Shown here: one piece after another, positions 1 through 13,371 of the stretch
How the letters are laid out: every line of letters starts with the position of its first letter
Numbering within the stretch: the stretch's first letter is position 1
Origin: Lama glama
Lineage: Eukaryota
DNA: 64,000 nucleotides
NCBI GenBank assembly: GCA_028534125.1
Contig: CM052817.1
Location: 49,726,001 to 49,790,000 of the forward strand
Direction of reading: 5' to 3'
Translations under genes and position numbers: made by a program
Notes under the pieces: model-generated
Told to the model about the DNA's origin: nothing
The model's database searches: none
The model's input: only the letters and a program-made list of their open reading frames with translations

Positions 1-140
1 CACTTGCATCAGAATCATCTTGCAGAGTCCTAGGCCCCACTCCAGACCTCCTGAATCAGTGTCTGATGGGATGCGTAGGTGGTGATAGGGGAATAAGGGA
101 ATCCACATTCTAACAAATGACTGATTCTGATAAACCACTC
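1..140. mobile_element. MER5-type hAT-Charlie MITE fragment
   Basis: gcatcagaatca...ggccccactccagacctcctgaatcag...ggaatccacattctaacaa motifs. Confidence 0.6.
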
Positions 141-1259
141 TTTCTAACTCAGCCACCTTATCTAAAAGTGAGAGAACTGAAGCCAAGGCATCCCAGCCCA
201 CTGCTCCCCACTTCCACCACAATAGTACTCAAATGGAAAACTCAACCATACCAGAAGTGATTATTTCTAAAATCACATGCCTCTTTTTCAGTAGGGCCGT
301 ATCTTAAGATTTAAAATATGTTTAAAATATATGTGAAAGGAAACACGATCATCAATGTTCATTTTATCTCACAAACATACTAATTAAGATGAAAAACCCA
401 GATCTGTTGTGTAATGCTCAAATGAGTTGCTAATAATTTTGTTTAAACTAAAATACAGGAATGCCTCCCAAAAGAAAAAAGTAAACCCAATTGTATAGTA
501 GTTCTGCTCAGGATGCCTGTGAACCCTCGCTCAAAAACAAAGGTCAGGTTAACTTCCTTGAAAAGGAAGCACAAAGCACAGATTTGACTGCAAATGCTAT
601 TTTCTAAGGTGCTCTGAATATAAAAGAATGGAGGATATATGTCAATTTATAAATGTTAATTATTGACTTGGGGGAATGAGACTGTAAGACAGAACAAATG
701 TGCATAATTTAATGAGAATTAAAAATATAGATTATAAGCTGCATCTATGGTGTTGCCAGAAATATGTTGCAATGATTTCTCAAGGAATGCCAGAAAAAAC
801 TTTGACACATACTCCAGTACCTCTTTTATCCCTTTGATCCTGAGTGACTCCACATAAACTCCATAATATAAAAATAATAACAATAAATTAGTTAATCCAT
901 TTTAGCTGAAAAGTTACACAATTTCTTTAACAATGAGGAATATTTGTAATTTATCAGGAAAGTTTGAAATCTGTTTTCTTTATGTTTTACAGCCAACACT
1001 GTTGTTTAAGGCTAACTAAGAAATATTTTTACTGAAGTACATGGATGGACAGGAATGCAATAGGTCTTTTAAAAGAAAGAGAAAGAAATGCAGAGGTGAA
1101 TCTATAACATTATATGTTTGGAGGTGGACTTTGAAGTTTCAGTAAAGTATACATTTCTAGGAGTGAAAGAACCTTAGGTGCAAAGGCTGAGTTAGGCATT
1201 GACACATTATCATCATGAGGACGTACAAGGCCCTTCTCTAGCTGTCATTACTTACTTCT

Positions 1260-2620
1260 TCTCCTTTATTCCCATAACCCACTATCATTCACCTCCCCCT
1301 GGCAGGCAACCATTCTGTATTTCACATGTATTCTTTTGTTTGTATTCAGTCTTGCAAAAACGTATTTTGTTGTTTGTGCACAGCACATGCTTTCAACTTA
1401 TTCTTTGTGTTATAAATTACTTGTTTTAGTCAGTTTGGGCTGCTATAACAAAGTACCATAGTTTAAGTGGCTTACAAATAACAGAAATTTATTTCTCATA
1501 GTACTGGAGGCTGGAAGTCTGAAATCAGGCATCATCATGATCAGGTTCATGGCCCAATCACCTCCCAGAGGCCCTACTTCCTAATACCATCACATTGGGG
1601 GTTAGAATTTCAACATATGAATTTGGCAGGAAACAAATATTCAGTCTACTATTATCATTTTGCTTCACACTTTTTTACTCAGATCTGTTTTTTAAGCTCT
1701 AGCTATGTTGATAAATGTATATTTAATTAATTGCTATTCACTGCTACATGATGAGTTACAATGTCTATCCACCATATTTTACCTCCTGTCTATCATCTCA
1801 AGAAATGCTGCACTAAACAGCCTCCTACTTATCCCTGGAAGCAGAATTACTGGGTCATCGGTGTGCATACATTTAATTTGACTAATTGGTGCTGGACTGC
1901 TCTTCAAAATGGCTGAATCAGTGTGTACTCCCATCTGCAGTGCATGAGGATTCCTGTGTCCTCAGGTCTTTGTCAGCATTTGGTAATATCTGGCTTTCTA
2001 ATTTCTGGCAACCTAATAGGCATTACGTTGTATCTTATTCATGATTTAATTTGCATTTTTCTATTGCGTATTTCAATTACTAATGAGTCTTTGCATCATT
2101 GGATATACTTGTTAGCCTTTTGGACTTTCATTTCTATAAACTGCCTGTACCCTTCCTTTGCCTTTTTTCTTATTAGACTTGTTTTATTAGCACTGCTTTG
2201 CAAGAATTTCCTACATTTTCGAGGTATGAATAGTTTGTTGGTAGTAGACATTGCACTTACCCATTCTATCACTTATTAATCTGGATCATATGCCCTTCAT
2301 AAAATAACAATTCATAATTTTAAAGCAATCATTAATTTTCTTTGCTTTATGGCTGTGTTTTTAAAGCTTTTTTTAAAGAAGTTATTTCCTCTTTTTAAGT
2401 CATAAAATTATTTTCCTGTACTTCCATCCGTTAACTTTTTTATTGAAGTATAATCAGTTTACAATGCTGTATTAGCTTCCATTAACTTTATACTTTTTAC
2501 CTTTTACACAAGGGTTTTAATGCATCTGAAGTTCACCTCTGAATATGACGTTAGGTAGAAACCCAAGTTTTATTCTCCATATAGTGAGCTAGTTTTCCCG
2601 ATGTAACTAACTAAACAATC
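1260..2620 (-). mobile_element. Old L1M (L1ME-like) 3' region, interrupted by an MLT1 LTR and a short younger L1 tail
   Basis: Antisense L1 3' motifs (gcagaattactgggtcat, ctcccatctgcagtgcatgaggattcc, ttaatttgcattttct). Confidence 0.7.
1422..1650 (-). mobile_element. MLT1A-like MaLR LTR, internally deleted
   Basis: tagtcagtttgggctgctataacaaagtaccatag...ggaggctggaagtctgaaatcagg...accatcacattgggggttagaatttcaacatatgaattt. Confidence 0.8.
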
Positions 2621-3753
2621 TGTCTTCCCAATATATGGTATGATTATCCAGCTCTTGACACTTCTTGGCACCTGACTCTTACAGTGAGGAGCCACGATCC
2701 CTCTCTTCAAACTGTTTCCCATCTCTTTGGAGAGATGAGAGTAACACACATGAAAATGAACAGCATGACATCATATAATTAAGGACTTAATTGTATGTTG
2801 AAAACAATAGTGAAGAAGAACTTCCAAGAAAAGGAAGATTAACTAGGGTTCATATGGCCTCAGGAAAGGTTGTGTGTATTTTAGCCCTGTTTAAATGGGA
2901 CAGGTTTTCCTCTCCCTCCATTCTCCACCAATTTACCTTTACAAGAATTACAGGAGGAGTTCATACCTCATCCTGAACCACTCCTGTTTATTGTTGCTAA
3001 AACCCAATTAATAAAACCAGATTCTTCTCTCTGCCCTATGTGGGTGTTAATTAGACAGCCAAGAAGACAGGTTGTAGGTCCTGTTCTTCCTCATAATTTG
3101 GGATTTACTGATTTGAATGCAAATAGAGATGCAAAAGTAAAATGAGTTCATGCCCAAACACTGCTGAAATCCATTCCAGTTCATTGAGAAAGTAGCACAA
3201 ACGTATCTCCCCTTTCATATCATTCTTCAGAGAAGACTCCAGTAACCAGACACCAGTAATTTATAATACTCCCAAATAGGTAGGTCATTATCATTATTAT
3301 TATAAGTTTGAGTAGGATCACTGACTGAGGGAGTACTTCATTTAGAGAAATGTATTTCAGAAATATTTTTAAATTATATGATCATTACAAATATGAAAGT
3401 TATAAACTTGTTACACCATAACAATAGCAAAGTTAACTCAATAAGCACTCAATTAGCTTAGCACACTAAGCACCTTACCTGTATTATTTCAGTTAATCTT
3501 CAAAAACAACCTTATGAGTTAAGTACAATTACTATCACAATTCTATAGAGGAGAAAATCATGGTACAGAAAAATTAATTCACCTAAGATCACAGAGTAAA
3601 CAATATAGTTAGGATTTGAGATTACATGTTCTTAATACATTTTTGCCATCCATAAGAATCATCTGTGTGAACTTAACTTCCCGTCTACCATCTCACAAAA
3701 TATCAGAAATCAAATAATTATTTATTTCCTGAAACATTATTCTCTTTCAGTTA

Positions 3754-3956
3754 CAGTTGATCCTTGAACAACATGAGTTTAAACTGCATAGGCCCATGTA
3801 AAATACGGATTTCTTAAAAAATAAATGTGTGCTACAGTACTGTATGATTGGTGGTTGGCTGAATTTGTGGATGCAAAACCAGGGACATGGAGAACCAACT
3901 AAAAAGTGATATGCAGATTTTCACTCCAATCCTCCATAGTGTTCAAGGGTCAACCG
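3754..3956 (+). mobile_element. Tigger2-family (TcMar) MITE
   Basis: TIRs cagttgatccttgaaca / tgttcaagggtcaaccg flanked by TA target duplications. Confidence 0.85.
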
Positions 3957-5009
3957 TATACTATTAACATGTACCAATGACCACCATCTGAATTAACAAT
4001 GGCACCAGTTAGGAATTTTCTTAGGGTTATCTCCCAAGCAAAAAAAAAAAACTATTCTCCCTATGTCCAAGGCAGTTCAAAAGTTTATCTTCTTTGTACT
4101 CAGAAACACCAGACACAGGGCTTGAAATGATCCTCAAAATGTCCTTGGGACTTGTGTGTCTAGAATCGTAGACACAAAGAACTTGGGAATGGAAAGTGAT
4201 GCAAGGAGATACTGTAGTTTAGGAATATTCTCTAAAGGAATTAGAAGACACTGATGACTTAGCTCTCTAAAGCAGGAAGGTCTTCTCCTGAGAAAAAGCA
4301 GCTGGGTCAAGATAAACTTAAACTTAACAAAGATATTAGACTGTCTATAGTTTGGAGTTGCATAAGATTAAGAGAAGTAAAAGAGACCCAATGCCTGGTG
4401 TAATGCTATGACCCTATGCCTGGAAAGGAGATGATATGTGAAAGCTTTGAGAAACAAATAAGCAGAGATTATCATTAGAATTTTGCATTCAGAGGTTAGA
4501 AAAATTGGTTGTAGAATGTGACTGAGTTCTTACTTGAGAGCTCAGACTTACATTCATCTTGTAATTGAAGATTAGCATGGCTAAAAGAGAAATATGTGCA
4601 CCTTCAATCTGTTTTAATTTGAATCCTGAAAGAAAAAGCTAATTGATGTATATTTCATGTCTAATCTGCAATATAACACTGCAGAAGGAGGCATTGTTAT
4701 CCATACTTTATACATAAGGGAAATAAGCCTCTCAAGTTAAGATCCACAGCTAGCAAAGCATGGAAATTTGAAGTCATATGAGTAACTCCAACATGTGTCT
4801 TTCCACTAAATTGTCCTACTTGTCAGGAAGAGACTCAGCTATGCTAGAAAGTTCATTTCTACATCAGTTCTTCTCCCATTTAATTTTTAAATCCATAAAG
4901 ATCATAAATCTATATACTGTGCTGGATCACTTTTACTTAGCCAACACATTGGGATTACTTATTACATAAAAATGTCTTCATCCTTAATTTCTTCATTTCC
5001 TTATATCAG

Positions 5010-8000
5010 TTTTTTCTGCTTTATTGAAATATAACTGACATATAACATCGTGCAAGTTTAAGGTATAAAACATGAAGATATGATACACTTACATACTGAA
5101 AAATGTTTACCACTATAACACCTCCATCATGTCATATGATTACCATTTCTTTTTTTGTGATAAGTGCATTTAACGTCTACTCTCTTAATAACTGTCAAGT
5201 ACATAACACAGTGTTATTAACTATAGTCATCAAGATGTGCTTTGAATCCCAGAACTTACCCATTTTATAACTATAAGCCTGCACTCTTAGATCAATATTT
5301 CCCCATTTTCCCATCCCCTAGTTTTGGTAACTACCGTTCTACTATCTGTTTCTGCTAGTTCAGCTTTGTAGATTCCACATATAACTGATAAAATAAAGCA
5401 TTTGTCTTCATCTATCTGACTTATTTCACTTAGAATAATGATCTCAAAATCCATGTTGTCATAAATGGCAGGATTTCGTTCTTTCTCATGGCTGAGGAAT
5501 ATACAGCTGACCTTTGAAAAACATGGGTTTGAACTTCATGTGTCCACTTATATGTAAATTTTTTCATTAGTAAATACTGTAGTATTACATGATTCAATCC
5601 ATGGTTGGTTGAATCTGCAGATGCATAACCATGAATACAGAGAAAATGTTTACATGAAGGAACGATGGATACGAAGGGCCAACTATGCATTATATGAGCA
5701 AAGAGGATCAGCACCCCCAACCTCAAAACTGTTCAAGGGTCAACTGTAGATACATACACTAATCTTTAACCATTTATTTGTTGACAGACAGATTGTTTCC
5801 ATATCTTGGCTATTGTGAATAATGCTGCAATGAACACGGGAGTGCAGATATCTTTAAGACCCAATTTCCTTTGGATATATACCCTGAAGTAGAGTTACTG
5901 GCTCATACAGTCGTTTTACTTTTGATTTTTTGAGGAAACTCCATACTGTTTTCCATAGTGGCTGGACCAATTTACACGCCCATCCACAGCGTACAGGGTT
6001 CGTTTCATCAAAGTCTTGTAGTTTCAGTATTCAGATCTTTCACCTCCTTGGTTAAATTTATCCCTAAGTATCTTACTGTTTCTGATGCTATTATGAATGA
6101 GGTTGTTTTCTTTATTTTTTTCAGATATTTTGTTGTTAGTGTATATAAACACAGCTGATTCTGTATGTTCAGCTTTATTGAAATCATTGATTAGTTCCAA
6201 CAGTTTTTCGGTGGTGTATTTAGGATTTTCTATATATAAAGTCATCACCTGCAGATAAAGATAATTTTACTTCTTCCTTTCTTATTTGGCTGCCTTTTAT
6301 TTCTTTTTCTTGACTAATTACTCCAGTTAGAACTTCCAGGACCATGTTGAATAAGAATGGTGACAGTGAGCACCCTTGTCTTATTCCTTATAAGATCTTA
6401 GAGGGAAAGTTTTCAACCTTTTACTGTTGTTAGATGTAAGCTGTAGGTTTGTCACATACGGACTTTATTATTTTGAGTTATGTTCCTTCTGCATGCAATT
6501 TGTTGAGTGTTTTTAACATGAAAGTATCTTGTATTTTGTCAAATGCTTTTTCTGCATCTACTGAAATAATCATATGATTTTTATCTTTCATTCTAGTGAT
6601 GTGGTGTGTCAAATTTATTGATTTGCATATGTTGAACCACCCCGCATCCCAGAGATAAAGGTCACTTAATTACAGTGTGTGATCATTCTAATGTGCTGTT
6701 GAATTTAATTCACTAATATTTTGTTGGGAATTTTTGCATCAGGAATATGGTTCTGCAGTTGTCTTCTTGTAGTGTCCTTACTTGATTTTGGTATCAAAGT
6801 AAAGCTGGCCTCACAAAATGAGTTTGGGAGTGTTCCTTTCTCTTTGATTTTTTTAGAAGAGTTTGATAAGGATGTATTAATTCTTGTTCATATGTTTGGT
6901 AAAATTCACCAGTGAAACCGTCTAGTCTTGGATTTTTTTATTTTGGGGACGTTTTTGATTACTGATTTAATCTCCTTACTCATTATTGGTCTGCTCAGAA
7001 TTTCTTTTTCTTCATGATTCAACCTTGATAGATTGTATTTTTCTAGGAATGTATTCATTTCCTCTAGGTTATTCAATTTGTTGGTGTACGGTTGTTCATA
7101 GCAGTCTCTTACAATCCTTCATTTTTTTGTGCTATCAATTGTAATATCTACTCTTTCATTTCTAATTTTATTTGAATCTCCTCTTTGTTTTTTCTTTTAG
7201 ATAATGTAGCTAAAGTTTTATCAATTTTGTTTATCTTTTCAGAAACACAGCTCTTAGTTTTGTTGATCTTTTCTATTGTTTTTCTGGTCTTTATTTCAAT
7301 TATTTCTGCTCTTATCTTTGTTATTTCTTTCCTTCTGCTAACCTTGAGCTTAGTTTGTTCTTTTTCTAGTTTTTGAGGGGTAAAGTTAGATTGTTTATTT
7401 GACATCTTTCTTTTTCTTCATGTAGGCATGTATCACTATAAACTTCCTTCTTAGCACTATTTTTTTTGCATTCCATAGGTTTTGGTATGTTCTGTTCTAT
7501 TTTCTTCTGTTTCAAGATTTTTTTTCCTTTTGAGTTCTTCTTTGAACATTGATTGTTTAGGAGTGTGTTGTGTAATTTCCACGTTTGTGAATTTTCCAGC
7601 TTTCCTTCTGTTAATAATTTCTAGTTGTATACCACTGTAGTCAGAAAAGATACTTGGTGTGATTTCAATCTTCTTAAATATTTGCTAACATTTGTTCTGT
7701 AACCTATCATATAATCTATCCTGGAGGATGTTCTGTGTGTGCTTGAGAAGAACATATATTCTGTTGCTGTTGCGTGAAATATTCTGTATATGTCTGTTAG
7801 GTACATTTGATTTAAAGTGTAGTTTAAATTCAACATTTTCCTATTGATTTTCTGTCTGGATGATCTATCCATTGTTGAAAGTGAGGTATCAAAGACCTCT
7901 ACTATTATTGTATTGTTGTGTATTTCTCCCTTCATATCTGTTAGTATTTGTTTAATATATTTAAGTGCTCTGATACTGGGTGCATATATATTTATGATTG

Positions 8001-8070
8001 TTATATCTTCTTGATGAATTGACCCCTTTATCATCATATAATGACTTTTTTCGTCTTTTGTTATTTTGGC
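5010..8070 (-). mobile_element. 5'-truncated, degenerate L1 (L1MA/L1MB-like): 3' UTR plus ORF2 endonuclease/RT remnants
   Basis: Minus-strand ORFs 7621-8076 (HYMMIKGSIHQEDITIINIYAP...SRIDY, APE endonuclease), 7148-7405 ([23 protein letters not shown]) and 6024-6248 (DDM.LYIENPK-like RT segment); many frameshifts. Confidence 0.93.
5504..5746 (+). mobile_element. Tigger2-family MITE nested in the L1 3' region
   Basis: TIRs cagctgacctttgaa / gttcaagggtcaactg with TA on both sides. Confidence 0.85.
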
Positions 8071-11000
8071 TGACACTCTCTTTTGTCTATGTCAAATCTT
8101 AAGGGGAAAGATAAGAATAGAAACAATTGTCACAGAGAGAGAAAGGAGTCTGAAGGTTATACTTCATATGTATGTCTAGCCTAAACAATCTGTGATTGAA
8201 GGAAAGATGTGGATGGATGTTTTCGGAGAAAAGTTTTTAAGAAAAGAAGTAATATGAGCCATCTCTAAACTTCCTAATAAAGTTGTAAAAGTAATACAGT
8301 CTCCACTCTGATGGATAACCTATTTAGATTATCATTCATCATTCAGGCATATAAGAAAGACCAAGAGAAATTATTCTCCCTCTCTCTCTGGTAGAATAAT
8401 TGAAGTTAGAGATTTCAAGGACAACACACCTGGAGAGTCTACTTTCCCTTGCATCAGGCATTCTGGTTTAAATGTCTTTAGTACAAATTTAAACAGATAC
8501 ATATTAGATATTCTTCTTTTTTAAAAAGGTAATTCAGTATCTAGGTTTTTGTGGTACACTGAAAGTTAATAATTTATCTCTTAAAACCTTCACTGCAAAC
8601 TTTTTAATTCTATGAATTTACTTTGCCTCTCAGTCTCAGGAATACAGAACAATTTACGATAAGATTATTGAATATATCGCTAATTGCTATATGTGACTAG
8701 TTCCTCACAGATGTTTGTCTATTTCTTTCTGATAGTCTTCAAGAAACACTGAGGAAGGACAAGTGCAATCAAATAAATAAATCTGATAACATCACATAAT
8801 GTCACAACTGATTTGGTGATATTATTATCTCCTGGCTTAGAGTAATCAGAAAGTCAGACTTCCACTGCACTTCACCCACATACCCACAGACCGCATATGA
8901 TAGTGGATCCAACTGCCCTCTCCAATAGATACAGCGCTGGGCTCAAAGCTGTGAAAGTTAAAAACAAGAGTTTGGTGAAAACAAAATGGCTGGATTTCCA
9001 AGAGACCAATAAGCCTCAAAATCCTGTGAGCACCACCAGTACTCAGATTGGCCATGTTCCATATAAGCTTACGGTAATGATTCACAGCTGACTTCTTGAA
9101 TCTTGGGTTTTATCAAAAATCTAGATTTTAAATAGTAGATACAGTAACAACTTTTAAAAGTTTCAATAAGAACCATCAAGATTATGGTGCTTATTTTTTG
9201 AGGGCAAAGAATATGGGCTGCCTTTGGAGAGGGGCAATCATTATATACTGCTTGCTGCACGTCAGTGGGTAGGAACTCTTAGTGAAAATCTACCTGTATG
9301 CTCACCCTGAGATCAACTAACTCACTGCTATGTCACCTCCGGCAAGCCACTTCCTTACTGATATAATAATGCAAATTATCACAGTATTCACTTCAGAGGG
9401 TTGATGTGAAAAGCAATAAGATCAAATACAATAGAGTTTGTGCTTGGTGTACAGGCAGCAGACAACATTGGTAACTATTCCCACTGTTGTAACTATTGTA
9501 GTCTCACTACAGAGATTACTGAACATATTACTGAACACATCAACAAGGAGAAAAAAATTCCCTTTGAATAATCCATGAGCAGTTTTCTTTTTTCACTAGG
9601 AGCATTAATCTCATTAATTAAGCTCATTAAAATCTCTTATAAAAGTTTCCTGGTAAATGTAAGGCTTTTTAATAAATAAATTCTCACTTTCTTTTATTAA
9701 TTCATTCAACAAAAGCATACTCTACTTATTGTAGAGTATGAAAAGATAACTCTCCCTATTCATAAAGGGTTTATAGTTTAGTAGAGGGAATAATATATTT
9801 GCATAAATAACTGCATTAAGAAGTAGATTACATAAGAGGAATAAGAACAATTAAGACAAGAAGTGGAAAGATTACTCTGAGGTTTAAGGAATAATCTTAA
9901 TGTAGGTCTTATCTGAAAAGACTGTGAAGCAGAGTTGTGATTCAGAACTGCAGAGCTAGCAGAATGGGAGGGGGCTACAGATCAAAGGAATAGCCTGAAA
10001 AGGGCAGGTACCCAGGAAAACAAGAGCCATGCCTGAAAACAAAGCTGCCAATCATGCAAGGTAATGGTGGTGTTGATGGGTGAGGGGGATCAGTGACAGA
10101 CGGGGGGGCCCTCGAACATCTGACTCTACGACCAGAAGCTCAAATGCAATTGTGCTCTAGTCTTTATTTCTACCTTGAGTTCAGCCCTTAGAGTAAAGCA
10201 ACTTCAATCGAACCTTACATAAGGGTAAAGGTGTGTTGTTGTTGTTTTTTTAAAGAATCTCCTATACCATCCTTTGTATTCTACTCTTACTATAATTAGG
10301 AGAAAGCAAGAGGATCTGAATTTTTTTTCTCAGCATGTTTTTGGCTTTAAACGTTTAGTTCTCAGGGGCTCAACTGGTGTGATGTTGGAAGAAACTGCCT
10401 TCACGTTCCACTGTCCAATCTTCAGTGGCATATCTCTCTGAAGTTTGTGGCCTCAACCCAGAAACGTCCCAATGCAAATAAAAAGACTGCTGTGAGAGGA
10501 GCCAGCTGAGAACCATCTATAGTGAAAGGCAGGCTACGTGTGTGAACAGCGTCAGTCTGGGAATGAAAGCTGAATGGCTGGGCGCGTCTGTTTGTTTGAG
10601 TTGAAGGCCTCTCCCTAACTCTTTCATTAAACACCCAACCAACCTTCAATTGCCCTCTTAGAACTTAATCTCAGTGCAACTTCCAGCATTTCAAAATCAT
10701 CAAACATAAAGAGGTAATATCTTGAAAGAGGGTCTTTCATTCAATGTTAGGAGACTAAGTTCAACTACAAAACTCTACAAATGCCCCCAAATAGGAGGAA
10801 TGATAGATTTATAAATCACTAACTCCACTAGGTTATGTATAATAAATTTATAACAAGCTGGTACACAGCTTTAAAAAAAAAAGTGTGCTTCGAAATTTCT
10901 GAGAATTTAGAATTAGAGTGCTAAAGTACTGGCAGAATGTTTCTGATGAAATAGGCCTTAATCTGCCAGGGAAACATTTCTGAGGGTGTCTCAGGAGAGC

Positions 11001-12729
11001 TAGTTCATAATTAAACTCCATTCAGCAATAAAGTTGATGTTCATGTTTTCTTTGATTTTTCCTCTGTTGTAAATTCCCTTAATGTAGGAACCCTTTCAGC
11101 CAGTCTGTACCCCAGTATTTCTCAAAGTGTTTTCCCAGCTACCTGAATCACTGGGGCCTCACCCCAGGCCCAACCAATGAGGCTTTATAGGGACTGGGTC
11201 CTGGAATTTGAATTATAGGGAAGAAATTTCTATACTTCTGTGATTACTGGTTACCTCCACCTAGATTCTGCCTATGTTATTCTTTCAGCTCCTATCTTCC
11301 CAGACACCTGAACTATTCAGTGATGGAACTGACACTGGGGCTAGAGACTCTTCTTAGAAGGCATGTTCCCTGACCAGTAATGTCATCCAGAGTCAAAAAC
11401 TTAATCTAATACTTTCACCAACAAGTCACAAACAGCCAAGGGATCAATTGTGGGTGGAATTTCAGAGGATAATTACAAGCCAAATTTCTTTAAATGCCCA
11501 ACCATTATTTACTTTTCTTCCTTTTACTATTGTTCACTTTTCACCCTGTTGTTTTCTGTTAGCCTTTTCTTTTCTTTTGGATTCCCCTCAGATACTGAAT
11601 AATAAAACTGGCTGAGGGTATCAGAAGAAAAATGATTAAAACAATGTCACTCTTGCAAAAACATATCTTCCAAAACAATTTCATTTCTGACATATAAACC
11701 CCACACTTCTTCAGCCCATTTAAGCTTTCCCTATTTAAATATAAATAAATGTATATTCTGGATACTAGCAAATTCACTATTTTCTCAATACTGTCTTTGA
11801 TCTAAAGCTCAAAAATATATTACCAAATGTATCTTTAAAAGTTTTACACTTTATCTTCAAGTCAATCAACCATTTATTTTATAACTTATTGTTATAGATT
11901 CTATGAAAGAAATTAAAGAAGAAAGTAAAGTGTACATAACATTTAACAAGGAGGTTGTGTGATTGATGAGAAGAGATGGAACTACAGATAGAAGACCTAG
12001 GTTTAAGTTTCAGTTTACTAATCCACATGATGCCAGGGACATATTTCACATAATGTCTCCAGGTGTCAGTTTCTTCTTCAAATAAGAATCAAAATAATTC
12101 TTGTACCATACAGTTATTGTCAAGTGTTAAGGGGGATCTTCAATATTTTGTTTCCTAATGAATGCCTGATAGTGGCTAAGGAAATCACAACTTGCTCCTT
12201 GATCTCTGAAGCAATGTTTCCTTTATATTTATTTTTTGGGGTCTTTCAAAATGAGATTTGGTTTTCCTGCCCCTTCCTTAGAGTTTTAGGACATGGTTTT
12301 TGCATGTCTGGCTCATCTACTATCAAATATGAAGCACAGTGCCTGCATGCACTATTGCCACCAACTGGCACTAGGGGTTACTGCAAGCCAAAATCTGGGT
12401 GTGACAGGCCACAGCCTCATGATGCCTTGGCAGGCAATTAAAATTCTGAGCAAATGGACCAAAAACAGTATCATTTCTTCTCCTTCCTTGTTGACATAAA
12501 CTGAGTAATACAACTTTGACCTAAACCTGCAAAACCACCTTACTCTTTCTTCGTCTCTGACTTACCCTCGGGCTCACAATCAACAACAATTAGAAAATTG
12601 TTGGCTCTTTCCTAAATCCCTAATGCCTCTTCCCTCTACTTACAGTCAAAGATCTGCAGAGAATTCTGAGACTTGTAATGCCAGGATGGGGGCTAGGGAG
12701 CCCCAAGCAGTTTACTACCAAAATACACC

Positions 12730-12900
12730 CAGCATTTTACATGTGTTTAATCTTTAAAAGCCTATGAGTAGCGTATCAAAATCTTTGTTTTAGAGGTTAG
12801 GAAACTGAGGCTTCAGTTGGTTCAGTAACCTTTCCAAAGTCACCCAGTTCATGAGCAGAAGGAGAGGCTTCAAACCCAGTACTGAGCCAAGGTTCTCTCC
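12730..12900 (-). mobile_element. MIR SINE (representative; other MIRs near 3440-3630, 9330-9470, 13460-13640, 16940-17110, 40630-40810, 42760-42930, 51160-51350, 51740-51915, 57410-57570, 60020-60190, 61900-62030)
   Basis: MIR core: ttttagaggttaggaaactgaggcttcag...aacctttccaaagtcacccag. Confidence 0.7.
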
Positions 12901-12999
12901 ACCATCTCTCAAGGCCTCCCTCTGTGTCCCATCTCTCTCTACATCTTTCTGCTTCATCTTCTATGGAGTTTTAGGAAGATATCTCCTACCCTAGATACC

Positions 13000-13183
13000 T
13001 ATGCCAGCATATTAGAGTCACCTGGAGAGATTTTTACAAATATGAATGTCTAGGTCTCCTCCAGACCATTTATAATCAGACTCTGGGAGAGGGGCCCTAG
13101 CATATTTAAGTTTTGGTTTTGTTTTTGTTTTTCTTTCATTTTGCAAATGATTCTGTTGCACTACTATATTGAGACCCACTGGT
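13000..13183. mobile_element. MER5A-type MITE (similar copies near 23850-24000, 50313-50495 and 53085-53230)
   Basis: gcatattagagtcacctggagag...ctcctccagacc..taatcagactctggg..ggggccc...tgagacccactg. Confidence 0.7.
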
Positions 13184-13303
13184 TTAAGTAATGACATTAC
13201 TCATGTTAAAAATATTTTCTATTGCTTTAACATTTAATCAGGGGTATACTCTTACTATAAAATATCTTATTAACATATGGTTTCTCTCTTATTGTAATAA
13301 CAG

Positions 13304-13371
13304 GTGGATGAGATATTTATTGACTCGGCCTTGAACAAGCATTACATTAAGAACCAAGTAGTCAGACTGAC
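13304..13371 (+). CDS. TMPRSS11A: TMPRSS11A internal coding exon (probably exon 4), SEA domain: VDEIFIDSALNKHYIKNQVVRL(T)
   Basis: cag|GTG acceptor and AC|gtacgt donor; 68 nt, phase 0 to 2; peptide matches recalled TMPRSS11A VDEIFIDSA..YIKNQVVRLT. Confidence 0.93.

Noticed and set aside
1923..2279. 118-aa hydrophobic ORF that looks like a membrane protein
   Set aside because: Antisense reading of a T-rich old L1 3' region
7185..7376. 63-aa very hydrophobic ORF
   Set aside because: Reverse strand of Lys/Glu-rich L1 ORF2, a common artefact
1..13303. Search for the first TMPRSS11A exons (transmembrane and N-terminal SEA)
   Set aside because: No matching peptide with splice sites found; aattaaggactta near 2777 is only a short chance resemblance, so these exons are probably upstream of the window
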